DNA of 64,000 bases from Antedon mediterranea (Eukaryota; Animalia; Echinodermata). The notes beneath the pieces are model-generated. The model made no database searches. It was not told the DNA's origin and was given only the letters and a program-made list of their open reading frames with translations. Both the position numbers and the translations under genes were made by a program. Positions 25,701 to 37,188 of the stretch are shown piece by piece. The stretch's first letter is position 1. Each line of letters starts with the position of its first letter. The stretch spans positions 11,656,001-11,720,000 of the forward strand of contig NC_092672.1 of the NCBI RefSeq assembly GCF_964355755.1, written 5' to 3'.

Positions 25701-28700
25701 CAAGTTGTGTACACTGGACCTACGGTTTATAGTCCTTATCCGAGAAGACTCGTTCTACCACCAGAACCATGGATTGAGTGAGCCTCGAACCCCTGCCGAT
25801 GTTATGGCTACATAATTACGGTTCCACTGTCTTAACCGCTCGGCCACTCACTCACTCACAATTTTTTCAAGGTTTCAAAAAATTTGTAGGCCTATGTTAA
25901 GTGGACAAAACTGAACTATAAAGTTTAACAATAAGCGAATGAGAATGAGTGGCCAAGCAGTTCAGACCGAACCGTAACCGTATAAATACATGCCATAAAA
26001 GTTTGAGCCTCACTGGCGCCATGGTTCTGGTTGTATAACAAGTATTCTCTGATAAGGACTATAAACAGTAGGTCCAGTGTTCACATCTGACTCTTTAAAG
26101 AACATAGTAAATCTTTGGGGGTTTATCCTGGTTTACAGTACACACACAGCCACTGGCAGTGTGACACACAGCCACTTTATTTATAGCCTGGGTGCAGAAC
26201 AATTAATAATAAATATACACATTTGCGGGAAAAAAGTATAGGAACATTTTTTTTGTTTTTCTGATAGAGTATACCATATAGAATGTCAGAAAAAAAATCC
26301 CCATCCCAGGGTCTTCGGGAAATTTTTTTATGGCACTTTTAAAATTTGGCCTATATAACACACACAAATTCCTATTAACACACACAAATACATATAGGGG
26401 ATAGGGAAAATCAATTAGCGGTTTTTGTTACTTGCAGTTGTGTTTTAATGATTAAAATTAGTAGAGGCTTACTTTAATAACTACTTCTCATAGTAGTTGA
26501 TGAATAAAGTCGATAAGATATGGCGTACAATTTGGCGGGAAAAACAGGGTATTGCTAAACCCCTGCAAACCTTCAATAAAACATAACAAACCCCACCGAA
26601 CCAACATAAAAGTGATTGAATCATGGAGTGTACGACCCACTGGGTATGTCCATGTAAAAAAAATATTAAATTTCTACTGTTAAAGGGGGGTTCCGGGTTT
26701 AAAATGAATAGTAAAAAATTTAAAATATATTTGTTAGTCTCTTGAACAGTAAAACTAAAAGTTTCAATTTATATAAGCGCCCAGTGAAGCAGAACGAAGG
26801 CTGTGAAATGAGGCCAGATTACAAGTGCAGCTAAGGCGTATGTATCTGGGATGTATACAACTTTTTGTGACGGTTTCAATAATCAAAGGCTAGACCACCG
26901 GTAGTATTTTCATGATAAAAAATGTTATCAACTACATGCCAACATCATGTCAAATACTATTTGGATATTTGATTGTTCGTTTTATGCAATTTATTTAGTA
27001 AAAACTGCCGTATAAACAGTTTGCTTTATCAACCGGGCGCTACGATAGCGTGACCGGGCGTATTGGTGTTTACGCGTTTTCACGAAGGACAGTTTAATAA
27101 TATTCCTATATTTAACTTGTTTCTGGTAAAACAAATAAATGTTAATGACATTTAACATTTTGTCCTATTAATAACATGTATTTTATACTAATTTATATCA
27201 TAAAAACAATACTTAATTTACCGGGCGTAGAGTAGTACACGGCAATGATAAAGAATAGGCCGTGCTGAGTAACGATTCGTTGATTTTTGGTGTTGCTGTG
27301 TTAGGCCTTTTTTGTGAACTAACTTAGCATATTAGTAAATAATTGTCTGTAAAAGTGAATGTACACTAGTTTGTTAATAAATATGTATTATAAAATAGTT
27401 TACAATTGCAAAAACTATTATCATAATTCTATTTAATGTGACATGTATAATATCTATTAAATCAAGTTCTATTTAGTATGTATACATCCGCCCTTATGAG
27501 GGCGGGCATCACTCACTGGAGCTTTCTGTTACAAATTTCTCATGCAAAAATCGCGGAATACTCATTCTTGTGATATATATTCTTTGACGATGTACAGTAT
27601 TTGATTGAAGGTCGACTCGACCTACCGGAATGGTATAGATAATATAGCTCGAATGAGAGAGTTGGAATATTTGTAAACATAAGTATTGCTAATTTTAACA
27701 AGTGTAGCCTATATAGTAAAAGGCCTGGTAGTATCAATTCGCATAGGGTCTACTACACTAGCTAGCTCAATTTCTAACTGGGCCGGATCGGCTAGGTCTC
27801 CTTCCTACTACCTGGTCTAATTGCTTGATGCAGTATCCGCTTTTTTGGAGAGTAAACTAGGCCTATTTTATTAGGCCTACTTAGACGATCGGGACACCAT
27901 ACTTGCGGACGGCGATCGGACCTTGTTTTGCCTCAATATTTACAGCCGATTTTGTAGAATGTTTTAGGTTTAGATTGTTTGGAATCCACTGAGTTTTGTT
28001 ATTTATGGGCCAATCGTTTAGTAGTAGGCTAGCTAGGCCCATGATGGGCCCCATCGTGGCATGTAATCTCATCAGAATGGCTCTCACCCATTAAAAAAAA
28101 TTGATTTAGGCTAGGCCTAGCCTAGTACGTGAAGCCCATAATACGATCTGTACTATTCGAGGTATAAAAATAGTATATAATTTATGACTCAGTAATCTGT
28201 ACTAAATTTTGTATTTCATTAAATGTCAAATAAATATATGCTGCTACTGTATGCTACACTTATAGGCCTAGCTTAGAAAATCTACAACAAATGTCTTTTC
28301 ACGGGTGGTCGTTGTTTGATAGGGGAGAAGAGAGATGTAAATTAGTTGACAAACACAACGTACATGACGTCGCGATTTTGGAATCCACTGATGACGTGAT
28401 TTTGTGAATATCTCATGAATATTAATGAGCTTCCCTAAGCTGCTGAAAAACAGACTTTCCATGAATTTACCCTAAAATGTATATGAAATTTATTTTTTTT
28501 AATTGCTCGTTATTACTTCTTCATTCTGATATGTCTATATTGTTATAATATTTTTTATTTAATAATAAACGATATTTAAAAGCAATTTTAAACCCAGCAT
28601 CCCCCTTTAACTACTTATTTTGGGGATAAAACATCATTTTTTGGTAAAAAATTATAAATCATTTTTTACCAAAAAATGATGTTTTACCCCAAAAATAAGT

Positions 28701-31700
28701 ATTTAACAGTAGAAATTTTATTTTTACATGGATACACCCAGTGGGTTGTATACTACATGATTCAATCACTTTTGTGTTGGTTCGGTGGGGTTTGCTATGT
28801 TTTTTTGGAGGTTTGCAGGGGTTTGCGGGGGTTTAGCAATCCCCTATTTTTCCCACCAAATTGGATGCCATATTGGATTCTGGCATGATGATGTAATTGT
28901 TATCGACTCGATTTATCAACTACTATGAGAAGTAGTTATTAAAGTAAGCCTCAGCTAATTTTAATCATCATAACACAACTCCAAGTTAAAAAAAACGTGA
29001 ATTGGTTTTCCCTATCCCCTATATACGGCCATACTGCGTTGAAACACCGGTTCTCGTCAGATCACCGAAGTTAAGCAACGTTGGGCCTGGTTGCGTTCTG
29101 GATGGGAGACCGTCTACTTGTGTGTTGCGTGTACTTAACAGTGCACGTTAAAGAACTTGGTACACTATTCGAAAAGAGTAGGGGATCGTCTCCCGGTGTG
29201 CTGATCTGGTAGGCGCTGCACTGCTGGCTGCCGTGGGTCCGTGGAGGGGCTAATCCGAATTTCCTCAGTTTCCAGTTAAGCTTGAGGACAAATATGAATA
29301 CCTTTACCTTTACCTCATTAAAACACAACTGCAAGTAACAAAAACCACTAATTGATTTTCCCTATCCCCTATATATAGGTATTTGTGTGTATTAATAGGC
29401 ATTTGAGTGTGTTATATAGAGCAACATTTAAAAGTGCCATAAACAATTTTCCCCAAGACACTGGGATGGGGATTTTTTTCTGACATTCTATATGGTATAC
29501 TCTATTAGAAAAAAAAAAAAAAATTTTTCCTATACTTTTTTCCCGCAAAATTTGTACTGCACCCAGGCTATTAGGGAGCTGCACGTCCATCAGGTGACAG
29601 TGGGTTTCCTGCAGTATTATTGATAAAAGTACCAGTAGGTGTTGGCCTACAGAAGGTTAAACTTAGTACTCACCAGATCTTGTCTTCTTCGACGCAGAGT
29701 GTTGATTTTTTGTCGATGCATTTGATTTTCGTCTGTTTGCTTCGTTTAGGACTGGTGGCATTTTCTGCAGTGGATGAGTTTTGGTTGTGTTTCCATTCAA
29801 GTTTTCCAAAGATCTTAATGATTCAAGTCTGTGTGTTTGCTTTCCCAATGTCTTTACAGCTAAAAAGAAAATTAAATTTAATGTGTATACTGGGCAGTTT
29901 GGGGTTTCTCTGCTGCCTGTCATTGTCAATCAAAAGTACCTCTCTTTAGAGATCCACCAATCAATCAATACAAGTCTCAAGTTGGTGGAATATCCATTTG
30001 ATCTCTGTTGCGTGTGCATAACATTGAGAAATAGTGCAGTTCCACTGTACCTTGTAGATGGTGTTAAAAAGCCAATATCCAATTAGATTTTAACAAATCA
30101 TAAAAACAGCAGTCTAATAGGATTTCTACATAGTGTAAGATCCTGTGTTTTAATCTTCATGGTCTTGGGCCTCTTTTTCTTACTCTCAAAATGTAATTGT
30201 AATAAATTTCTCATAAAATTAAAATGTAATCCAAAAGTTTTCAAAAATAGTTTTAAAAACTTATTTTATTCAATCGACCTACTATTGTTTTAAACTTACC
30301 TTGTGAATTTTCCTCATTGAATTCAAATATGTTCAGAGATGTGTTTTGTATTGGATATTTAATGGTGACATCAGCTGTTTCTTTACTCTCATCCTCCACA
30401 CCAGATACATTATGTTTGCCTGCTTTGTTATCCATCAGGTGGCAGTAATCACCAACATCAATTGAGAATGATTCACTATCATCAGAATCCATTACAATAA
30501 TAGCTCTTTGGATGGCAGTGGACGCAACTTCTAATACCTCATTGTCAACAAGTTGAGAGGCTGTACCATGCATTTGATTTTTACTATTCCTGTTATTAAA
30601 ATTATCTACATCTAATTTGCATACATGTGGTGAAGGTATTTCTTTAAAAAGTCTTAAGAGTGCTGATGTTTTATTGTTTGAAATTGTTTTCTTAGAGTTT
30701 TCTTCATTACTTTCCTCTCGTCTCCTCTCTTTCCTTTCGTCAGTCTTAGACATTAATGTGTGTTGTAAGTATTGTGAACTTGTCATTACTTCACAGGTTT
30801 TTGCTCTGTTAACAGATGTTTTAGCTCCATTAAAGTAAAGTGGTGATGTTGAAAATGTTGGTAATTCTACAATTTGTAAAGGACTTTCACTACTAGTGAC
30901 TAACACTTTTTCCAGCTGAAAAAGAAATAAAATTATAAAGCATAATTATTTAATATACAGTTTATGTAAAAAATATAAATATTAGTGATTATTGAGTAAA
31001 TATTTAATTTTTAAAAAGTCTTCATGATTTGTCAAAATCGAAGTTTTGTTCCAGATTTTAATGCTTTAAAAAGATAATAACAGGTGTTACTGTAGATACC
31101 TGTATGTAACACAAACCCATTAATTTATATAGTAATTAGTTTAGTAAATAGGACAATGTTGGTGCGTACCCTAAAACGAAACTCAGATTTATCTTGTTTA
31201 GCAAAAATTCCTGCCTTAATGGAAACACCTTGCACATGTCCAAATGTGATTGTGTCCAATTCTTTAACACGCACCATTTTAGAAACCTATGAAGTAAAAT
31301 GAGAAAACAGAGAGATTTGTGACCTCTGCCAGAAGTAAAATGTGATCAGGTCAAAAATTTAATGGAGCCTATGTTTATGTATATTGGCTGCCATATTGGA
31401 TGTATTCAAGATCCATCCGGAGTACAATACCCCATGGATGATGTGTATGGATGTGTGCAGTTAGCATGATTTTGTACTGTATATTATACAAAAAACTCTA
31501 CTCTTTATTACTTATAGATCATAAGAACTTCTTAATACACAGCACTGACGACTACTTACCTTCACATCATTAACATAGGTTCCATTCACACTTTTGTCAC
31601 AAAGTACAAACACAGGTTGGCAGTCATCGTCTTGGTAAATGAGTAATTCAGCATGCTGACGGGATATAAGTTGCTTATAAACCCCAGAATTTAAATAGAA

Positions 31701-34700
31701 ATCAACCTTCTCAGAATTTCGTCCAAATACAGTTTTGTGTTTATGCAGCCTAAAATACAATAAAATCAATTATATTTTATTATTATTATTACTAGATGGT
31801 ACGCTCGCGTACCATCTAGGTCGTGCCCACAGATGGTTCTCGAATACATAATAATTTCAGCGTTAAAAAACTGGCGATTTCAAATGTACGTACCACAAGA
31901 CAATATATACATGTCGTTTACGGGAACGAATAAATAGACACTGTGATTTATGTACTGAACTAAAATTAGCACCCTGGGAATTACTTCCGAAAGAGAAACT
32001 TGTCACAAAATGAGACCAATTGTTTAAGTCAAATTTAAACAAACTTAATTTGTGTTTTGTATGTAACATTAGGGTTGAGGGATGGGAAAGAGGATGGGTG
32101 CAAAGAGGAACAATTTTTAAATATATTCTTTATACATGTAGTATTAGTAACGAAATATTAATTTTTTTCATGTTTTACAAATAATATACCACTAAACACA
32201 GTGTAAAACATTGCAATGTAATACTTTGTTGAAACTATCACCGTCCTAGTCGATTGAAATAGTACAGTACATGATAACGATACATCACTACGACGTGTAT
32301 AATATGTTTATATAATGTAAAACAATTTGTGAAAACCACCCCTATTCGTGGCAAATCATAAATTCGATTTAATCGTCAATAAATATTAAATTATCTAACT
32401 CAACTTAATTAGTAGGCCTAATGGTTTTCAATTGTTTCTTAGAGCCAATTCATACTTAAGTTGGTTCCTAATACTAACCCTACCCACCATGCGTTTAGGG
32501 CATGTGCACCGTAGGCCTATCCTCTACTGGCTTTACAACGCTACTCATGCCAGTGAGGGAAGGGTGATGATGTCACGAGGGTGGTTTAACTGCAATAATA
32601 AAGATTTGTACATAATATACGGCAATTATCCGTTAAAAAAAATCTATATCCAACCTCTGCAGCACAGATTGAAAAAAAAATGGATCGAATTTCTGTTATG
32701 AGTATACAGTACTTGCCTTTACGACGCCTGAGGGAATAGACACTTGTTGTGGAACAGAGATTGGAATGTTCCATTCATTTCAAATCAAACATTTGCATAA
32801 ACGTATATTAAATCTATCAAAATAGTATTTTTTTAAGAAAATCGGCCTGTCTTCAACATTATGATACTGTACTCGAGCTGTTCAACCCGTTTTCAGCTAT
32901 TAAAAACAATTATCGTAGGAGGAGATAGGAAAATGCGAATCATCCTCGTATTATTGTATGCGGGTATTTTTCAAGATGGACATTCATTAGACAGTGTATA
33001 CCACGATCGTTAAACACCCCTATTTGGGGCAAATCGTTGAACCTAAATTTGTTTTAATCGTCAATAACTAATTATCTAACTTAATTTAATTAGTAAACAG
33101 GGTTACACCAGGTGGTTAAAATCAGTACCGAAAGTACGAACCAAATGTATATACCATCGAGTAAAAATTCTAGAAGTAAAGCGCGATTTACCGAATTTTG
33201 CCCTTACGTAAATTTATATATAGATTCATTACTTCGAAATAGGACTACTACTATAGGGTTACTGTAGGCCATAAATCTTCGGAATCGATCTACAGGTAGG
33301 TCAATCAGTAATTTTGTCCGCCAGTTGGGCAATTCCATTGCAGCCAATATGCACTGTGACTGACCCTCAGTCATACTGTATCCACATTAAAATAGGAATA
33401 GCATCGCATCTAAAAAGTGAACAGTAATAATTAACTATACTGTATTGTATGGAGTGATTGCAGTATATTCTTGCTCCTGGTTATTTTTCATTGGTGATGG
33501 AATAGCATTATTGACAGAGGGTGACAGTTATTCGAGACAGAAGCAATGATGGTCATCTTCCTCCTAGACATAGTTTGCAGATCACATGAACTTAGTGGGT
33601 GTGTACTGTTTGAGAAGTTTCCACATTATAGCCAAGCAGGGTCTTAATTAGCAAGGTTCAAAAGAATGAACTAAAAGTATCTTGTGAAGTTTCAATGCGG
33701 GATACACATCTTCGATGACAAAAATTAATGCAGGGAAATGTAACTAATATTAGCATATCTTTAATTTCAATCAATCATCCCAATACAATGCAAAAGCTCA
33801 CATGCTTTTGTGCTTTCCATGCAGCTCTCTGACTCTGAGCCAGTGACTATGATTTCATACAGTATTTTCTTCTTGCGTCATGTTTTTCACGCTGCTGCTT
33901 TAGCCAGCTACATACATGAGGACTATTCCTTCAGAAGCTATAAGCAAGCAGCAGTTATACGTCTAGAGGCTGACGTTTTTGACAAATGACATATCAAAGT
34001 ATAAATTGTTGTATTTTACTTCAAATACAAAAGTTATTCACTTCTGTAACAAAAAAATAATATTTATTCACGTATAAAAAGAGAAAAGAAACGTTTAATT
34101 ATAACCCAAAAACCATTGTCCGACAGAAGTATTTTTTGCTTTAAATTACATTTTTAGGTAAATAATTGTTTGATTAAAATGAATAACTATAAACTGAAAT
34201 TGCATTTTCTCGAAAACTACTTCCAAAAAACTTCATTTTTGTACAAGAGGCAGGAGTTATAATTTGTGATTTGTAATTTAAAAACATAATTTGATTTATG
34301 TGCACGTTTGTTGATGCGAGTAGTTTAAAAAACCTATTTCTTTTCAAATTCACTCGTTTGACTTTCGCGTTGCTGTTCTATTGTTAGTCAACTGTGAAGC
34401 TATTGATATTGTTAATAATTGAAAGGCTTGTTACATAAACCATTTACACCAAACTCGCATACACATGCTTGTACTTGTAGTGAAATTAGCCTAAAAATCA
34501 CAAAAAACAGCATCAAGACACACACAAATATCCCTAGGCTAGAGGACCCTATTTATATTTTTTTTACCGGAGGAATCTTATGTTATTGTAGGAGAATTTT
34601 AAAGTAGGCGGAGGTATGCACTCCTCTCAGAGTGGCTTTCTAGTTAGTATAGCTATTAGCCTTGGGCCTAGATAGGCATTAGTATAGGCCTAGCTAGGCT

Positions 34701-34948
34701 AGGCTATTTGATCATTCAAATCGAGCATTATAATATATGGTTGATGGGCTTCCTACTACTAGTACTACTAGGCTAACCGTAGAGTAGGCTAGTTAGGCCT
34801 AGACCGCCTACTAGTAGGCCTAGCCTAGGCACGTGCTGTGATTTTCATATCAGGCCGCCTACCTAAAAACATCTTTGACATTTGGACAAGTTGATTCTGA
34901 TCCTACTCTTTGCAATTCATATGCATACAAGAACAATGTTGTTGACAT
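22727..34948 (-). CDS. TCF19: TCF19-like protein (N-terminal FHA domain, low-complexity middle, C-terminal PHD finger), 7 exons, 467 aa
   Basis: Hand-spliced with GT/AG sites and consistent phases: 34948-34863, 31749-31560, 31286-31170, 30915-30300, 29859-29674, 25122-25019, 22831-22727 (1404 nt). FHA motifs FGRN...ISRQHA...DKSVNGTYVND...DTITFG..SEFRF; PHD CASIDCCIPVDNTISWVQCDDCDDWYHVTCMDC...FHCGC. This matches the TCF19 architecture and the CC.P....WVQCD.CD.W.HV.C motif. Confidence 0.85.
23385..24030. repeat. ~230-bp tandem repeat x3 (intronic)
   Basis: Recurring cagtgcaaaa.ctat.gttttaaa...atacacacac...tttcataaagtgc...atgaacaaa..cttacca at ~23420, 23639 and 23860. Confidence 0.7.
25540..25853 (-). 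mobile_element. tRNA-headed Nin/Deu-domain SINE
   Basis: A box TGGCCGAGCGG, B box GGTTCGAGG, core GTGCACTTTAAAGAACC..TTTCGAGACGAGTAGGGG.TACCCCGGTGT (Deu/Nin-domain-like), (CAAA)n tail. Confidence 0.85.
25937..26156 (+). mobile_element. Degenerate copy of the same tRNA-headed Nin-SINE, head-to-head with the previous copy
   Basis: gagtggccaagc...ccatggttctgg...gataaggactataaac.gtaggtccagtg...ttaaagaac...cacagccactg. Confidence 0.75.
26684..28606. mobile_element. Non-autonomous TTAA-target DNA transposon (Kolobok-like), 1.9 kb
   Basis: TTAA TSD (26680-26683, 28607-28610); imperfect 22-bp TIR AGGGGGGTTCCGGGTTTAAAAT vs AGGGGGATGCTGGGTTTAAAAT; AG...CT termini. Confidence 0.8.
29024..29315 (+). 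mobile_element. 5S rRNA-headed (SINE3-type) SINE with Nin/Deu core and (TTTACC)n tail
   Basis: 29024-29115 TACGGCCATACTGCGTTGAAACACCGGTTCTCGTCAGATCACCGAAGTTAAGCAACGTTGGGCCTGGTT...GGATGGGAGACCG corresponds to the first ~95 nt of 5S rRNA, including the A and C boxes. It is followed by GTGCACGTTAAAGAAC..TTCGAAAAGAGTAGGGG..CCCGGTGTG (Nin/Deu core) and the tail tacctttacctttacct. Confidence 0.88.
31792..33224 (-). mobile_element. Non-autonomous Helitron in TCF19-like intron 1
   Basis: Minus strand 5'-TCTATATATA...CTAG-3' between A and T; terminal hairpin TAGATGGTACGC-tc-GCGTACCATCTA at 31793-31818; internal duplication 32335-32415 / 33015-33095. Confidence 0.75.
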
Positions 34949-34949
34949 T

Positions 34950-35260
34950 TTGAATCGCTCGACGTAGGCCTACGTTGTTTTTGTACACACGTCAAAACTC
35001 TCTCTCTCGCGCCATACATTCAATATTTCAGCAGCGATTCAGTTCAGCGAGCACGTGCAAAAACAAGCAGCTGCATAAAATTCAGTTCGGGAGGGCGCCA
35101 CCACACTTATAGTACAGAGCCATATTAAAGAGTTACGACATTGAAGATTAGAAGCCATTTTTGTGTCAAAGAATGGCTCTGTAAAGTATAGTATTGCGCG
35201 CCGTCAGCGTCTGAAACTTTAAAAAAATCATTTCTTAAGGTTTTTCGCGGGGAATGCCAT
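34950..35260 (-). promoter_or_regulatory. CpG-richer putative promoter/5'UTR of the TCF19-like gene with E2F-like sites
   Basis: Immediately upstream of ATG 34948; TCGCGCC (~35007), GGCGCC (~35095), TGCGCGCC (~35195), TTTCGCGG (~35243). Confidence 0.4.
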
Positions 35261-35299
35261 TGCCCAATTAGTCTAGGACAAACATCTGAAAAGATGTTA

Positions 35300-36828
35300 G
35301 GGGGAGTGGAATGTTAGAGGCTGTCAACATAGCCAGATATCCTAATTAAACCCTTCTGATCACTTTTTAAAATTGGCCGCCATTTTTATTTAAAATGTAC
35401 ATAAAATAAGATCTAAATATTAAGGTAGATACACAATCTTGGTGTCTAAACACAATGTACTTCACACACGGAATCCATTAGGCCTTGTTGACACTTGAAA
35501 TAGCGGCCATTTTTCAAAATGGCCGCTAATTTTATATAAAATGTGCATAAAATCAGATCTAAATCAGTTTTTTGGACAAGTAGTTCTCCGAGAAAATGCA
35601 GTTTCAGTTTACTTTACTTTAAGACTGCTCGCCGGCTTTTGAAAATCCTCTCCTATCTTTTGACACTAGCAGGTCTGAAAATAATACTAAAAAGTGGTCC
35701 AAAATTGGGACCATGGTCCGGACCGGATTGCCTCCAAAATGTAATGGAGTGGAACTTGACCACATATCTATTTAACCCTAATTTTGGTAAAGATCTTGCA
35801 ATAACTTTTTGAGTAATCCTGCTAACAAACATACAAACAAACAAACAAATGAAATGAGTGAAGTAGGCTACTTGGCAAAATATATCCACTGATAGGGGCA
35901 TGTTGAATGATACATTTTTTTGCTTTAGATATTAGCTTGACATAGTTCAAATCCTGCTGGGGTTTATAATTTGGGTACGCGATAGACTACATATATCTCC
36001 TTAGCGGAGGTAAATAATATTAGTTTATGTAATAGGAGGGCCTACAGTCAAGATGAAACATCTGTGATGTTACATACAAATGAATTCAACAAAAGCTGAT
36101 GCTTTAAAATCCTAGTCATGGCTCTATACAAACTAAACCTTTAACAATTTGTAAAACAAATTCCAGATTTTCGATTTCATAAACAGATAAATTAGGTAAC
36201 CATTTTGAAAAATGTTAGCTATACTCTGCATTTAACTTTAAAAATTAATTAATCAAACTATTTAAATTTATTTATTATAGATTTAATGGATTCCTTGCCT
36301 GAAAAAAAAAAACACGAGTTTAGACACAAAGATCATTTATCTAGCCTAATTAGTTACACCTTTAAGCAATTTTTAGAAAAATTAGGCAGCCATTAAATAA
36401 ATACAATTATCTTTTAATCTAATCATATTTATTATAAATCTAATGGATTTCTATTTGGACACCAAGAACGTGAATCTACCATATTTAGATTTTAAGCAAA
36501 TTTTATATAAATAGGTCGACATTTTGAATCCAAGATTGTGTATCTAGGCCTACCTTATTTAGATCAGATTTTAAGTACATTTTATTTAAAATTGTCGCCA
36601 TTTTGAAAAATGGCCTCCATTTCATTATAAAGGGAAGAAAAGTGAAGTTTCAACAGGGTCTACTAATGGATTCCGTGTCTGAAGTACATGTGTTTAGACA
36701 TCAATATTGTGTATTACCTTATTTAGATCTGATTTTATGCATATTTTATATAAAATATATTTAGAGTGATCAGAAGGGTTTAATTAGGATATCTGGCTAT
36801 GTTGACAGCCTCTAACTTTCCACTCCCC
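35300..36828. mobile_element. Long-TIR DNA element (TA-flanked) with AAAATGGCGGCC subrepeats; contains a nested HINE-like insert at ~35670-36015
   Basis: ~65-bp TIR GGGGAGTGGAA.GTTAGAGGCTGTCAACATAGCCAGATATCCTAATTAAACCCTTCTGATCACT at both ends. The insert (ccggattgcctccaaaa...gagtaatcctgctaacaaac..ctccttagcggaggtaa) recurs at ~62730-62995. Confidence 0.8.
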
Positions 36829-36987
36829 TAACTCATTTTTTTCACATTTTTTGCCTAGACTAAATAAATGCATCGGACGTGTTTCTTCAAGCAAGTTGCG
36901 TGGCGCAACGGATGAAACGTTGTCTTGTGATGGTGTGACAAATCATCGCGAGTTTTGTTTCTTAATCGCCAAACGCGAGTGTTGCCA

Positions 36988-37188
36988 CACGAAAATTACA
37001 CAGTCAATATCATCGTACTCGAGAATTTGCTGGATTTTATATGTTTAATGAGACAAGGACACGATAATTACGCGAAAATGACTCAGTCAATATCATCATA
37101 CTCGATAATTTGCTGGATTTTATATGTTTAATGAGACAGGGACACGATAATTACGCGAAAATTACTCAGTCAATATCATCGTACTCGA
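36988..37188. repeat. ~85-bp tandem repeat (~2.4 copies)
   Basis: cagtcaatatcatc.tactcga..atttgctggattttatatgtttaatgagaca.ggacacgataattacgcgaaaat repeated. Confidence 0.8.

Larger units (their letters stand above)
26184..29570. mobile_element. Foldback (long hairpin) DNA element with two nested insertions
   Basis: Termini TAGCCTGGGTGCAG / CTGCACCCAGGCTA. 26203-26683 is the reverse complement of 28703-29550 (excluding the SINE). After removing the TTAA insertion, the arms meet at a small loop near 28650-28660. Confidence 0.85.

Noticed and set aside
27881-28087. Possible decayed THAP/transposase ORF in the TTAA element
   Set aside because: Only a vague W.P...H resemblance; no C2CH or DDE motif recognisable.
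29024-29115. Functional 5S rRNA gene
   Set aside because: Lacks the 3' ~25 nt and T-run terminator and is fused to a SINE core and tail.
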